Shown here: piece by piece, positions 1 through 10,250 of the stretch
Layout: the number at the start of each line of letters is the position of its first letter
Position numbering within the stretch: position 1 is the stretch's first letter
Assembly (NCBI GenBank): GCA_965261735.1
Contig: OZ253470.1
Coordinates: 4,160,001-4,224,000, forward strand
Length of the DNA: 64,000 bases
Source: Alphaproteobacteria bacterium
GTDB lineage: Bacteria > Pseudomonadota > Alphaproteobacteria > SHVV01
Direction of reading: 5' to 3'
The notes under the pieces: generated by a model
What the model was told of the DNA's origin: nothing
Databases searched by the model: none
The model's input: the letters and a program-made list of their open reading frames with translations, nothing else
Position numbers and translations under genes: made by a program

Positions 1-175
1 CATAACCGTGACCCCCTCATACAGAACATATTGAGAACATACATCCCCATAGGCGGAGTGTCACGGATAAGCAGGAAATGTTTTGATGACGGACATGCCC
101 ATCCGCCCCTCTCGCGCGCAGATTCGCACATCTGCTTGAACCGAAGGCCATATGCTAATGGCGAGCAGTCAAACA

Positions 176-790
176 CTAAGTTGCTTTTGTGTATGGCCCG
201 AAAACCCAGTAGAAGATTGATACTTTTGTATCGAAAGCCGTTCCTCCAACAATTTCTCCTCCTTCATAGATCGATTGATCGCCAAAATACTTTTTTACGG
301 CATCCGTCAACGCCATTACGCTGTGCGGCATGCAGCGCTCTATTTCACGCCTGTATTTTACGATCCCTCCTAGTTCTTCTGAAGGAACCGAGTAAGGGTG
401 TGTGGCTAATAGCAATGTCATAATTTCTGGACTCACGTGTTTACCTTCCGAATAATCTATCATTTTCTTGACATCTTTCTGCACCTTTGTTGGATATTTA
501 TTTTCCGCTTTATTCGTGAACATATCGAAGGAATACATCGCCTTGGCTTCGACGAGCATGACCGGACTTGAATCTTCAATTATGGCTAAATCAAATCTTT
601 TCCATTCGCGGGCTATTTGAATGTTCTCTTCATCTCTCATTAAGCTCTGCAGGCTATACGCGATACGGTCGCGGATGGTTAGCTCTATTTTACCGGTTAG
701 TGCTAGGTAAGCCAATTCGTTGCAGTCGAAGTCTGTATGTAGGTTCTTCATGGCTGAACAGAATAGTTTCGGCCAGTTATGACGTGTCAT
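176..790 (-). CDS. hypothetical protein, possible PD-(D/E)XK nuclease fold
   Basis: 204 aa low-GC ORF; motif REWKRFDLAI...LVEAK resembles the D...ExK nuclease core. Confidence 0.5.
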   Translation of the reverse strand: MTRHNWPKLFCSAMKNLHTDFDCNELAYLALTGKIELTIRDRIAYSLQSLMRDEENIQIAREWKRFDLAIIEDSSPVMLVEAKAMYSFDMFTNKAENKYPTKVQKDVKKMIDYSEGKHVSPEIMTLLLATHPYSVPSEELGGIVKYRREIERCMPHSVMALTDAVKKYFGDQSIYEGGEIVGGTAFDTKVSIFYWVFGPYTKAT

Positions 791-941
791 ATTTAAATTA
801 CCTTTCTGTTATGCGATCTTACTGCAGCAGTTATCTTAAACACTAAGGGTATCCGTCATCATGAGCTGCGCCTGGTTTGGCGGGGGCCATTTCGCTTGAT
901 TCATGCCGCCATGGCTGACTGCTTGAGCATGGCGTAGTGGC

Positions 942-1085
942 GAGCTATTGTCAAAAGTTGGTGACGCAGGTTTCAGGCGGCGCGTTCGGTTAGCTTTTCT
1001 CCGTCCTTGAATTTGACGCCTTGAATGATGTCGGCGATCTGGTGCGAGCCGTCCAGGCGACGCCACTTCTTGCTGGCCGACTGGC
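942..1085 (-). mobile_element. IS256-family 3' remnant (transposase C-terminus plus terminal IR)
   Basis: Minus-strand translation QSASKKWRRLDGSHQIADIIQGVKFKDGE..RAA* followed by TCACCAACTTTTGACAATAGCTC. Confidence 0.65.
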
Positions 1086-1800
1086 ACAGCGGGCCACGCA
1101 GCGCACCGAGGCGCTGGAGCGTCTCGAAGCCGATCTCGAAACACTGATGCAGGTGGAGGGCCTGGCCATGCGCCCCGGCCCTCGCCAACCAATCGACGCG
1201 GCATTGGTCTCGCTCCTGTGCGAGGCCATTCTGACCCGCTGGACGGTGGAATTCCGCTACCTCGCCCAGTCGACAAGGAGATCAAGCCGCCAGCGTGTCG
1301 AGCCATACGGTTTGCTCTACGGCACCCGCGCCTTTCTGGTCGGGCGGACCGACTGGAGCGAGGAACCGCGCCTCTGGCGCCTTGCCAACATCGGCGATGC
1401 CCGGATCACCGGCGAGCGGTTCGAGCGGGACCCGGAATTCGACCTGCAGCACTACTCCAGACGGTCGTTCGGCACGTTCCAGGAAAAACCCGTTCAGGTG
1501 ACCCTGCGTTTCGATGCCAAGGCAGCGCCGGACGCCTCGGCCTTCCTCTTCCACCCGGACCAGTCCATCGAAAAGCACAGCGACGGCACGCTCACGGTGC
1601 GCTTCAAGGCCGGCGGCATCAACGAGATGTGCTGGCATCTGGTCACTTGGGGCGAGAGCGTCACCGTTGAGAAGCCCGTCCGGCTGCGCCACCGCCTGGC
1701 CAGGATGTGCGCATCGCTCGCTGCGCATCCAGGATGTGCGCATCGCTCGCTGCGCATCATGGGGAAGATGCAAGTCCTTGAATTTCTTGGGCCGATTTAA
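1086..1800 (+). pseudogene. WYL-domain transcriptional regulator, N-terminal HTH lost
   Basis: RVEPYGLLYG..AFLVG...LWRLANI and FHPDQ..EMCWHLVTWG WYL/WCX motifs; 5' end replaced by IS256 remnant; C-terminus shifted by a 29-bp duplication. Confidence 0.8.
1700..1757 (+). repeat. perfect 29-bp tandem duplication
   Basis: CCAGGATGTGCGCATCGCTCGCTGCGCAT at 1700-1728 and 1729-1757. Confidence 0.95.
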
Positions 1801-1875
1801 GGCAATGTCGCGCCGGGCGGATATTCAACATTGCGAACAGAAGAAAATTGTGGGCCCTCCGGAAACGGCGGGAAT

Positions 1876-2110
1876 GAATGGCTCGAACACTACGTTCACG
1901 TGTTGATCGATCCGAGGACCGGCCAGATCTTCTACATCTGCCGGGTGAAGGCGGCAGGGTCTTCGCTCACGCCGATGGCACGGTAACGGAAGACGATAAC
2001 GACGCCGGGGATGGTGACGCGTTGTCTCCCAGGCGCAAGGTCATTCGACCGATAAGAAGCAACAGCCTGGAGCCGATCTACGTCATACACAGGCACGGTA
2101 TGCCGAAGGT
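1876..2110 (+). pseudogene. LEM-3-like GIY-YIG nuclease remnant (frameshifted)
   Basis: Two frames join as HYVHVLIDPRTGQIFYI / GEGGRVFAH ... IYVIHRHGM, matching the YVY.LIDPR....FYVGKG.G.R.F.H ... IHRHG pattern. Confidence 0.65.
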
Positions 2111-2400
2111 CCTTGTCAGCGTTGGATGGACAAGGCCCACCTTGCCCGACAGCGCATCTTGATCAACTGCAGTCCCGGACATTCCGCTTTGTCTTGCGGA
2201 CGATTTTCCGAACAACGCTTCATGTATACGACCGAATATGCCGTATCTATGTGTTAGCGTCCCTCCATTGCATCAATCTGGACTGCGCCATACTGGCCGT
2301 TTGCGAATGAAGCCTGCTCGCCGTTAATCCTGCGAATAAGGCCTCAACTCTTTACTCACAGGCGCTGACGGGAGACGAGGTTGCGACAGGGGGACATCCG

Positions 2401-2949
2401 ATGAATACCGAAGCCGGAAACCCGGACCCAGAACATCCAGGCCCGATCCATGCCGGCTGGAACACATCTGAATTCTTTGAAAATGCCACAGCAGAGGACG
2501 TGGCGCATTGCTTGGGATCCGGCGCGGATGTGCAGGCGCGTGACAAGTACGGATGCTCGCCCCTGCACTTTGCGGCTCGCCTCGGCTCTCTGGAGGTGAT
2601 CGCGGCGTTGCTCGCCGCCGGCGTCGATCCAAAAGCGTCTGCCGAAGATGGACGCATCCCCCTGCATTTTGCGGCTCGCTGGGGCTCCCCGGGGGCAGTC
2701 GCGGCGCTGCTCGCCGCTGGTGCCGACCTGAAAGCATGCGACAGGCGTAGACGCACACCGTTGTTCTGGGCAGCACTTCGCGACTGCTCTTGTGCGGTTA
2801 TGGCGCTGCTCGCCGCCAGCGCCGATCCGAAGGCGTGTGCCGAAGACGGATGCTCGCCCCTGCACGTCGCGGCTCGCTGGGGCTCTCCGGATGCGATCGC
2901 GGCGCTGATCGCCGCGCGTGCTCTTGGTCGTGATGAACGAGGCGTTTGA
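2401..2949 (+). CDS. ankyrin repeat protein
   Basis: Four repeats of G.(S/T)PLH.AA..G....V.ALLAAGAD; N-terminal WNTSEFFENATAEDV..CL..GAD. Confidence 0.9.
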   Translation: MNTEAGNPDPEHPGPIHAGWNTSEFFENATAEDVAHCLGSGADVQARDKYGCSPLHFAARLGSLEVIAALLAAGVDPKASAEDGRIPLHFAARWGSPGAVAALLAAGADLKACDRRRRTPLFWAALRDCSCAVMALLAASADPKACAEDGCSPLHVAARWGSPDAIAALIAARALGRDERGV

Positions 2950-3277
2950 AACCCTGGAGATCTGGGAAGCAGAGCGTAGCGCAGTCGTGGAAGCGCTGAC
3001 TGCGCCGGGAAGCAAGGCACGCAATAGACGCGGCTCCTTGGCCGTCTCTAAGTTCAAGCAAATTGGGAAACGGGTGTGGCCCAGCAATCATAGGACGGGT
3101 ATGCGGCTCGACCCGGAGTTGACGGGACCGTGTGGCTATTCTGGCGGAGTCTGGCCGGTCTGTTGTCCTCTGAGCTCGACGAGACCGATTCCCAAGCCAC
3201 AAACTATCAACGGCGGCGTGATCTTCTCCCGTTGGATTGGTCGATCCTTAGGTTGTGGATTGAGGAGGGCGGGAGAT

Positions 3278-3336
3278 GGCAAGAAACCGTCAATGCACTG
3301 ACATTCAAACCGGACCACTTTTAGGGGGTCACTCCA
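3278..3336 (+). mobile_element. possible IS3-family right-end relic
   Basis: KPSMH* followed by CATTCAAACCGGACCACTTTTAGGGGG resembles IS3-type 3' ends. Confidence 0.35.
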
Positions 3337-3443
3337 AATTTTATCGGGATTACCAACAGTTTTTCCTTGCTTTCAGAAAGAAACAAGAGATGTGTGCGTA
3401 CTATTCGCCGGCTATCTATTCCCTTATTGATCACCGCGGGGAC

Positions 3444-3848
3444 ATGGCCCAATACGGAACGACCGTTGAGGCGTGCCCGGATACTATTGACGAGGTTCTC
3501 AAGGCACGAAACATGGGTGAGACAGTACATGAAGGTTGCTCTCCCTCATCACTTCCCCCGAACAGTCAATCTTTGTCTGATATGATCGCATCGGATGACT
3601 GTACTGCCGCCGCATTACATCTGGCATGTTTTGTCGGTTTCCTTGCCCTCAAATCAGGCTCTGCCACCATTGAGGAAGTACTGGGGGACACCGGCCTCAT
3701 CCATGAGATGGTACACCGCATGTGTAGCGTAGATGAAGAGGATGATTATCCGTTCATCGAGAGCCAGGAGGAATTGGCGGATATGGCTCACCGCATAGAG
3801 CGGACAATACCTGGTTACCCATTCACACCCACTATGTATCGTCCTTGA
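3444..3848 (+). CDS. hypothetical protein (start uncertain)
   Basis: Acidic ORF with protein-like composition. Confidence 0.45.
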   Translation: MAQYGTTVEACPDTIDEVLKARNMGETVHEGCSPSSLPPNSQSLSDMIASDDCTAAALHLACFVGFLALKSGSATIEEVLGDTGLIHEMVHRMCSVDEEDDYPFIESQEELADMAHRIERTIPGYPFTPTMYRP

Positions 3849-3959
3849 CCATCGCAATAGGCGCATTCGTGGTGGTGAGCCAACCACTGGCGGGACCGTG
3901 GCGCATTCGGTGAGGACCATGCACGAGCGCGTGCGTCACCGGAGCCGACAGGCGACGGC

Positions 3960-4316
3960 TTGCCCGAGCACTTCAGCGTGGGGGACCGGGAGAGTCTCGC
4001 CAACCTCGACCCCGGCGCCCGTCAACGGGTACTGGACAAGCACCGGGCCATGGAGGCCGTGCAGAGCGGCGAGATCCTCGAACACCACGCGGACGCCTTT
4101 CAGCATGCAGAGCAGGGACAGATCGCGGCACAGCAGGTGCAATTCGAGCAACAGCGGATCCAGGCCGCGCTCGTCAGCGGGACACCTGCCGCGGCCGCTC
4201 CGCTCACGGGCTATCTGCTCGGCGCGCCCGAGGCCCATTGGAGCGATGCGGTCTCGTTCAGCGTCCGTTTCTTTGCATCGCTCATCCCATGTCCTCCTTT
4301 TCCGCTGTCTGATTAG
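3960..4316 (+). CDS. hypothetical protein or gene fragment
   Basis: 118 aa helical, Gln-rich ORF; no motif recognised. Confidence 0.3.
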   Translation: MPEHFSVGDRESLANLDPGARQRVLDKHRAMEAVQSGEILEHHADAFQHAEQGQIAAQQVQFEQQRIQAALVSGTPAAAAPLTGYLLGAPEAHWSDAVSFSVRFFASLIPCPPFPLSD

Positions 4317-4616
4317 CTGCCGCGCGGGCGGAAAACAGCAGCGCGCAAAGAGGTCTCGCACCTGGAGGCTCGGGTAGACGGGTGTGCCTATTATCGGCAG
4401 GGGGCGGCCTACAAGGAGGGACGAGTGAAGAACCCAGACAAGTTTCGAGAACTCGTGTATGCCCCGCGGATATGTCCAAATATGACGCATCCGCGTGTTA
4501 GTGTCTCTTTTCGCAAATGCCAGCCCCAGATGAATGTGCAGTTGAAGTAACGTCAGGGGTGGACATAGCAAAGTTCGCCGGGCGGCAAGAATCTAAAGCA
4601 CGAAAAGAGGCATGAA

Positions 4617-4877
4617 ATGGATCTAGAAGATACGAAACCTACGCCGGTCCCAGAACCCCATCTCTTCGACAACGACAAATTGCGGCTAGATGCTCCATAT
4701 CGTCTTCTGTCAGTTTCGGGAGTGGACACTCTCCCATCGAAGCAGGCCCTGGCTGTGACTTTGGAATTTTCCGGCCCTCAGGAACCCCTGACTTTTGTCC
4801 TGTCGCTTCCTGCGGCGGCGCAAATGGTGAATCAGCTTCGAATGGCCGTTGACGAGTGTATGTATCAGATTTACTGA
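4617..4877 (+). CDS. hypothetical protein
   Basis: 86 aa ORF preceded by AGAGG. Confidence 0.5.
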   Translation: MDLEDTKPTPVPEPHLFDNDKLRLDAPYRLLSVSGVDTLPSKQALAVTLEFSGPQEPLTFVLSLPAAAQMVNQLRMAVDECMYQIY

Positions 4878-5205
4878 ATGCAGCCCCCGCACCAGGCCCC
4901 TTAAAGCCGTAACAGGTCCTGTTGCGGATGACCCCTCTCTTGCGCAACGCCCTGCAGAACCTTTTCAGGAACAGGCCAGGTCCGGGCGCCGGGTGACTCC
5001 GATTGGCGTCTGCACTCTCGCGATCCCGCCCGCCATATCGTGGGTGATGTGGGAAGCAACACTGCCGTACGTGCTCGGCGTCGAGGCGCTGTGGGCGGGG
5101 GTATGGGCGTTCGCCGGGGCGGGCGCGGCCTGGAGAGTGTTTCAGTGGGGATTGGTTGCCGCGGTAGTGGCAGCGATCTACTGGTTCCTGTCCAACCTCT
5201 CGTGA
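4849..5205 (+). CDS. small membrane protein
   Basis: Two to three hydrophobic segments in the C-terminal half. Confidence 0.35.
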   Translation: MTSVCIRFTECSPRTRPLKAVTGPVADDPSLAQRPAEPFQEQARSGRRVTPIGVCTLAIPPAISWVMWEATLPYVLGVEALWAGVWAFAGAGAAWRVFQWGLVAAVVAAIYWFLSNLS

Positions 5206-5283
5206 GGCCGCGCTCCGCCCCGGCGGGAGGTTGGGGATGCTGCGCGCCTTGGCCGACGGGACTGTTTTTGAAAGGATCAGATT

Positions 5284-5670
5284 ATGAGCGACGAGAAAAT
5301 CATCATCGGGATTGAACACGCGCTTCTGACTCTCGCGCGGGCAGATCAAATTCTTGAGGACATTACCCCGTCCAGAGAGAGTGATGAGGATGATGAGGGT
5401 GATGATGTGATCCCGTGGCAGGCCGCACACGTGTGGATCTTCAGGGCGATGAGCTTGCTGATAGATTCACTGGATGGTATCGAAACGGTGACCTTTTCGT
5501 CGGATGAAAGAATTCCCATTGCAAAAACCACCCAACCCTATGCGTACTTGCCCGCCCGGTATGCAGCGATAGCGGACAGGTACAAGGACCAAGCCCGCGA
5601 GGTTGAGGATCTTTTTGATGAGATTAAGGATGATTTGCGCGAATCTTCTTCTCTCGATGACGATGAGTAG
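5284..5670 (+). CDS. hypothetical acidic protein
   Basis: 128 aa; AAAGGA upstream. Confidence 0.55.
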   Translation: MSDEKIIIGIEHALLTLARADQILEDITPSRESDEDDEGDDVIPWQAAHVWIFRAMSLLIDSLDGIETVTFSSDERIPIAKTTQPYAYLPARYAAIADRYKDQAREVEDLFDEIKDDLRESSSLDDDE

Positions 5671-5701
5671 CCGGCGCCGCGCTCACCAAACTGAGGCGGC
5701 A

Positions 5702-6193
5702 ATGCGGTACGAACAAAGTGGACGGCCACGATTGAAGTCTTCCGTCAGGACCGGGTGCATGTATGCGCTCGCGGCGGTCCTTGTCGCCGGCTTGGCGAGC
5801 CCGTCCTTTGCCGGCAAGCGCCATCGTCATCATCACGGCCACCACCACGGCTATGCTGCGGCAGCCATGGCCGGTTTCGGCATGTTGAGTTTGATGCTGA
5901 GCCGCCCGAGGGCGGACTATTACCGGTATGGAGGGTGGATGCCCACGAGGATCTATGGTCATCCACCAACAGTCCACGTCGTGCCGCAGGTGCGATATGT
6001 CGTTAGGCCAACACCACCATCGCGAATAGCTCCCGTCCGGCAACGCGCAACACTGCCTCCGGGCTGTCTGATGATCCGTGAATATCAGACGCGGATCATC
6101 ATCGGCGGACGAGAGGTTGAGGCCTACGGCGATGCGTGTATGCAGCCCGATGGATCCTGGAGGCGCGGGCCACCCAAGCTTGTGCCTCACTGA
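5702..6193 (+). CDS. secreted protein with 17-kDa-surface-antigen-like C-terminal motif
   Basis: Signal-like LAAVLVAGLASPSFA, His-rich segment, C..IREYQTRIIIGGREVEAYGDACMQPDGSW. Confidence 0.7.
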   Translation: MRYEQSGRPRLKSSVRTGCMYALAAVLVAGLASPSFAGKRHRHHHGHHHGYAAAAMAGFGMLSLMLSRPRADYYRYGGWMPTRIYGHPPTVHVVPQVRYVVRPTPPSRIAPVRQRATLPPGCLMIREYQTRIIIGGREVEAYGDACMQPDGSWRRGPPKLVPH

Positions 6194-6211
6194 CCTCTGG
6201 ATAGTCGTGAG

Positions 6212-7017
6212 GGTGCTGTCAACTTAACGAAGGCAGGTCGCAGTTGAACGTCTGAACTGAGCGGCTCAAGCAGCAGCGGTCACGGTCCGCCACGTGTTCA
6301 TCGCGTCACCGCGGAATTGGCGCATTGTCTTGCGAGTGATCAGATGACGTTGGACATTGAAGGTGTTGTAGATGGCGGCGTGGGTGGAGAGAAACCTTTG
6401 CGCCGATCCTGATGACTTGAAGCCCTGCATCCTGCGTTCTCGTTGTCGAACCGGCAGGTGCGAATTCTCCGCCCGATTATTGCTCCGTCCGCCGGTAACG
6501 TGTTTCCCCGTCATGTTGAGATCACGCAATGCTGCCCCGTAAGATGGCAGTTTATCGGTCACCACCTTATTCGGCGCATACCCCTGCTTCTTGAGCAGTT
6601 TGCGCATCAGCTTGAGTGCTGCTTTCTTGTTCCTCCGGGACTGAACCGGGATATCCAGCACCTCACCCTCGCTGTCCACCGCCCGCCATAGATACATCCG
6701 TTTTCCGTTGATGGAGGAAAACACCTCATCAAGGTGCCACCGGTCGTCTGGTCGAGGGCGTGATTGTCTCAGTTTTCGGGCATAGGCCTGCCCAAACTTT
6801 AAAGACCAGCGCCGTATCGTCTCGTAAGAAACATCGACACCACGTTCAGCGAGCAGATCCTCCACATCGCGGTAACTGAGCGGAAACCGGAAACACAGCC
6901 AGACGGCGCGCTGGATTATCTCTGCAGGAAACCGATGTCGGCGGTAGCTGATCTTGTTCATAACAGGAAGCTACTCGCCACCCGCAGCTGACACCAGCCA
7001 GTTACCGTGACAGCACC
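6212..7017 (-). mobile_element. IS6-family insertion sequence
   Basis: IRs GGTGCTGTCAACTTAAC (6212-6228) and GTTACCGTGACAGCACC (7001-7017); no target duplication. Confidence 0.9.
6266..6961 (-). CDS. IS6-family DDE transposase
   Basis: RHRFPAEII, WHLDE, YLWRAVD, VTDKLPSY, NNRAENSH. Confidence 0.95.
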   Translation of the reverse strand: MNKISYRRHRFPAEIIQRAVWLCFRFPLSYRDVEDLLAERGVDVSYETIRRWSLKFGQAYARKLRQSRPRPDDRWHLDEVFSSINGKRMYLWRAVDSEGEVLDIPVQSRRNKKAALKLMRKLLKKQGYAPNKVVTDKLPSYGAALRDLNMTGKHVTGGRSNNRAENSHLPVRQRERRMQGFKSSGSAQRFLSTHAAIYNTFNVQRHLITRKTMRQFRGDAMNTWRTVTAAA

Positions 7018-7135
7018 GATCGCCGAAGCGGTGCCCGAGGAAGATCCGGCCGAGCTCATCCGTGAAGTGCTGATTCTCGAAAGGGAAATCACAAAGGGAC
7101 TCGAATTACTCTTGGCAGAGGTGGAGGGCCAGTAA
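7018..7135 (+). pseudogene. hsdM: 3' remnant of type I R-M methyltransferase
   Basis: IAEAVPEEDPAELIREVLILEREITKGLELLLAEVEGQ* is a typical HsdM C-terminal helix; cut by IS6; hsdS lies downstream. Confidence 0.6.
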
Positions 7136-8955
7136 TGGGCGAGCAATCTGCTTTCACGATCGAATCGAACGACTTGGCGATCGCCCAGATTTTCAAGGAT
7201 TTCTACGCCGTCCCCGACTTCCAGCGCGAATACGTCTGGGAGCGCGAGCACGTCGAGAAGCTCCTCGAGGACGTGCTCGATGAGTTCTATGACGAAGATG
7301 CTCGGCTGATCGAAGGCCCAGAATACTTCCTGGGCAGCATTGTCTCCTGCCGTGACCATGAAGGGATCTTTCATCTCATCGACGGCCAACAACGGATGAC
7401 GACCATCTACCTTGTTCTGTGCGCTGCGCGTGACGCCTTGAGAGATGCCGACGATAAGCCCACGCGGGTCCTCGAGGCGCAAATTTCCTACACCTACTCC
7501 GATCCCAAAACGGGCGAAGACGTAGAGCGACATCGGCTCACCCTTCAGTACGAGGACAGCGATGGCATCTTGGAAAAACTCGTAAAGGCTGACCAACCAG
7601 TCTCAGGCCTTCCTGAAACCACGGAGTCCGTGAGGAAGATACTCGCCGCCTATCGGACGATTCGAGAGTTTTTCTCGGTAAACCTGAGGGACGAACCAGC
7701 CGCGATCAAGAGATTCCTGGTGGCCTTCACCGGCCGCATCAAGCTGATCCGCATCCTCACACCGACGATCACCAACGCCCTGAAGGTGTTCGAGACCATT
7801 AACGATCGTGGAGTGGGCTTGAACGCCGTGGATCTCCTGAAGAACCTCCTCTTCATGAAGACGTCCACCGAGGATTATCCGAAGCTCAAGGATCGTTGGT
7901 AAATCCTGATCGACGTTCTCGATGACTGTGGCGAAAAGCCGCTGCGGTTTCTTCGTTACTACATCATGTCGCACTACGAGATCGACTATAGCCGCAGCAT
8001 TCGCGAAGACGAAATCTACGACTGGTTCGTCAAGAATACGGAGGTCTGCGGCATCGACCATGATCCACTCGGTTTTGCTGAAGCGTTAACCGAGTGCGCA
8101 CGGGCACACGCCAATTTCCTCTCTTCCAAGGACCGCCAGGGCAACGACAACCGATATCTTCGGAACCTCACCCTGCTCGGCGGCGCGCTTCGCCAGCAGC
8201 ACATCCTCCTCCTTGCCGGTCGCCATCTCGCGCCCGATCTCTTCGACCAGCTGTGTCGCACCATCGAGAGCCTTTTCTTCTGTTACATCATCACGCGCGA
8301 ACCGACCAAGACCTTCGAGCGAAATTTCGCCCGATGGTCGGGGGAGTTGCGCAGCTGCGAATACGCGGCCGCCCTTGATGCCTTCCTGAACAAATATCTC
8401 ATAGCGGACCTACGGGGGCGCACCGAACGGTTCGACTTCGCCTTCCGGGAACTCACACAATGGAACATCCAGCAGTACCGCATGCGGTACATCCTGGCGA
8501 AGCTCACCGAGTACATCGAGGAACAGGCATGGGGCAGCCCCACCTACGCCCAACTGGACCGCTACACGGACAAATCGGTCCACGTCGAGCACATACTGCC
8601 GCAGACACCCACTGCGGAGGTTCGGGAGGCATTCGACAAACCGGGCGAGTATGATGACTACCTCAGCCGGCTCGGTAACCTTACGCTGCTGGAGAAGACC
8701 ATCAACAGCTCGGTCTCCAACGGCAGCTATACCGACAAGGGGCCGGGGTATAGGCAGTCCTCTTTCCTGCTTACCAAGTCGCTAGCCGAGAAGCCGCACG
8801 TCGGGACCAACACTCAGCTGAACCGGGCGGTGGCCGATCTGATTCAGTTCGATTGCTGGAACTCGCAGACGATCGTACAGCGCCAGGAAATGCTGACCGC
8901 GCTGGCGCGAAAGGTATGGGACATGCCGTCGGGCACCAAGGAGGCAACGGGATGA
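7135..8955 (+). pseudogene. GmrSD-type (DUF262 + DUF1524 HNH) restriction nuclease with in-frame TAA at 7900-7902
   Basis: VPDFQREYVW, IDGQQRMTT, FETINDRG; HVEHILPQ, RLGNLTLL..N; both ORFs are in the same frame and separated by one stop. Confidence 0.85.
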
Positions 8956-10250
8956 TTTGGCCCCCAGTGCCCCTTGAGAAGCTCGCGCGTGCTTCTGGCG
9001 GAAGCACACCCAAGCGTAACAACGATTCCTATTGGAATGGCGATGTCCCTTGGGTGACCCCTTCAGACTTGCCAGCACCAGGAGCATCGATCGTCGATGT
9101 GGAGGACACCAAGGACCACATCACACAGGAGGGGCTCAATTCCTGTTCCGCCCTGCTCTTGCCGCCTGAAACGGTGCTCTTCTCCTCCCGCGCGACCATT
9201 GGGAAAATCGGTATTGCCAAGGTTCCTTTAGCGACCAACCAGGGCTTTGCGAATTTCACGCCCAACCTTGGTGTTGAGCCAAAGTATCTTGCATATGCGC
9301 TTCGGTATTTTACGCCACAGATCACCGCACTGGCCGGTTCTACTACCTTCAAGGAAGTGAGCCGGGGCGCGATCCGCAAATTCCAGATCCCTCTCCCGCC
9401 CCCTTCGGAGCAGAAGCGAATCGTCGAAATTCTCGATCAGGCCGATGCGCTCCAGCGTGAATGTGCAGAGGCGGACGCAAAGAAACAGCGTATCCTACCA
9501 GCGCTATTCACGAGAATGTTCGGAGACCCGGCTACCAACCCCATGGGGTGGCCGACCGCACCGATGGGTGATGTTGTTGAGATTGGTACAAAACTTGTTG
9601 ATCCAAACGGGAGTACGTATCTCGATCTGCCGCATATTGGTGGAGAAGAAATCGAAAAGAACACCGGCCGCATCCTTTCTACTAAATTAGTACGCGATAG
9701 CAAACTTCGAAGCAGCAAATTTCATTTCACGCGGGAACATATTCTTTATTCGAAGATTCGTCCTTATCTAAATAAAGTTTCCTATCCCGGTTTCGAAGGA
9801 CTTTGTAGCGCGGACATTTACCCTCTACGTCCAAAAGATAACCACACCACAACATGGTATCTTGTAGCGCTTCTTCGCTCAACGTCCTTCCTCTGCTATG
9901 CAAACTTGCATTCAGAGCGGCTGCGAATGCATAAGTTGAATCGCGAGCAGTTGGGAGCGTTCAAAACACCTTTGCCCGATCCTGAGTTACTGGAGGCTTT
10001 CGAGCAACGGGCACAGTCATTGGCCACATTTGACGTTAGTCGTTTTCACCGAGCTCGTGAAACGAAAACATTGTTCCACGTCATCATTCATCGATCCTTC
10101 TCTGGCGAGCTCACCGCCAAATGGCGCGACAGCCACACCGATGAGCTATTGCGAGAAGCTCAGGAACAAGCGGAGGCGCTGGAGACGGTGTGTGCCGGAA
10201 CCTCGACCGGCCCCCGCCGCGGACGGCCTTTGAAAGCGGTGTCATGTTGA
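8952..10250 (+). CDS. hsdS: type I R-M specificity subunit
   Basis: GGSTPKR..YWNGDVPW, FSSRATIG, TNQGF, IPLPPPSEQKRIV, MFGDPATNPMGW; ATGA overlap with the previous gene. Confidence 0.92.
   Translation: MIWPPVPLEKLARASGGSTPKRNNDSYWNGDVPWVTPSDLPAPGASIVDVEDTKDHITQEGLNSCSALLLPPETVLFSSRATIGKIGIAKVPLATNQGFANFTPNLGVEPKYLAYALRYFTPQITALAGSTTFKEVSRGAIRKFQIPLPPPSEQKRIVEILDQADALQRECAEADAKKQRILPALFTRMFGDPATNPMGWPTAPMGDVVEIGTKLVDPNGSTYLDLPHIGGEEIEKNTGRILSTKLVRDSKLRSSKFHFTREHILYSKIRPYLNKVSYPGFEGLCSADIYPLRPKDNHTTTWYLVALLRSTSFLCYANLHSERLRMHKLNREQLGAFKTPLPDPELLEAFEQRAQSLATFDVSRFHRARETKTLFHVIIHRSFSGELTAKWRDSHTDELLREAQEQAEALETVCAGTSTGPRRGRPLKAVSC

Noticed and set aside
7900-7902. Programmed read-through in the GmrSD gene
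   Set aside because: The codon is TAA at a non-catalytic position; a simple nonsense change or sequencing error is more likely.
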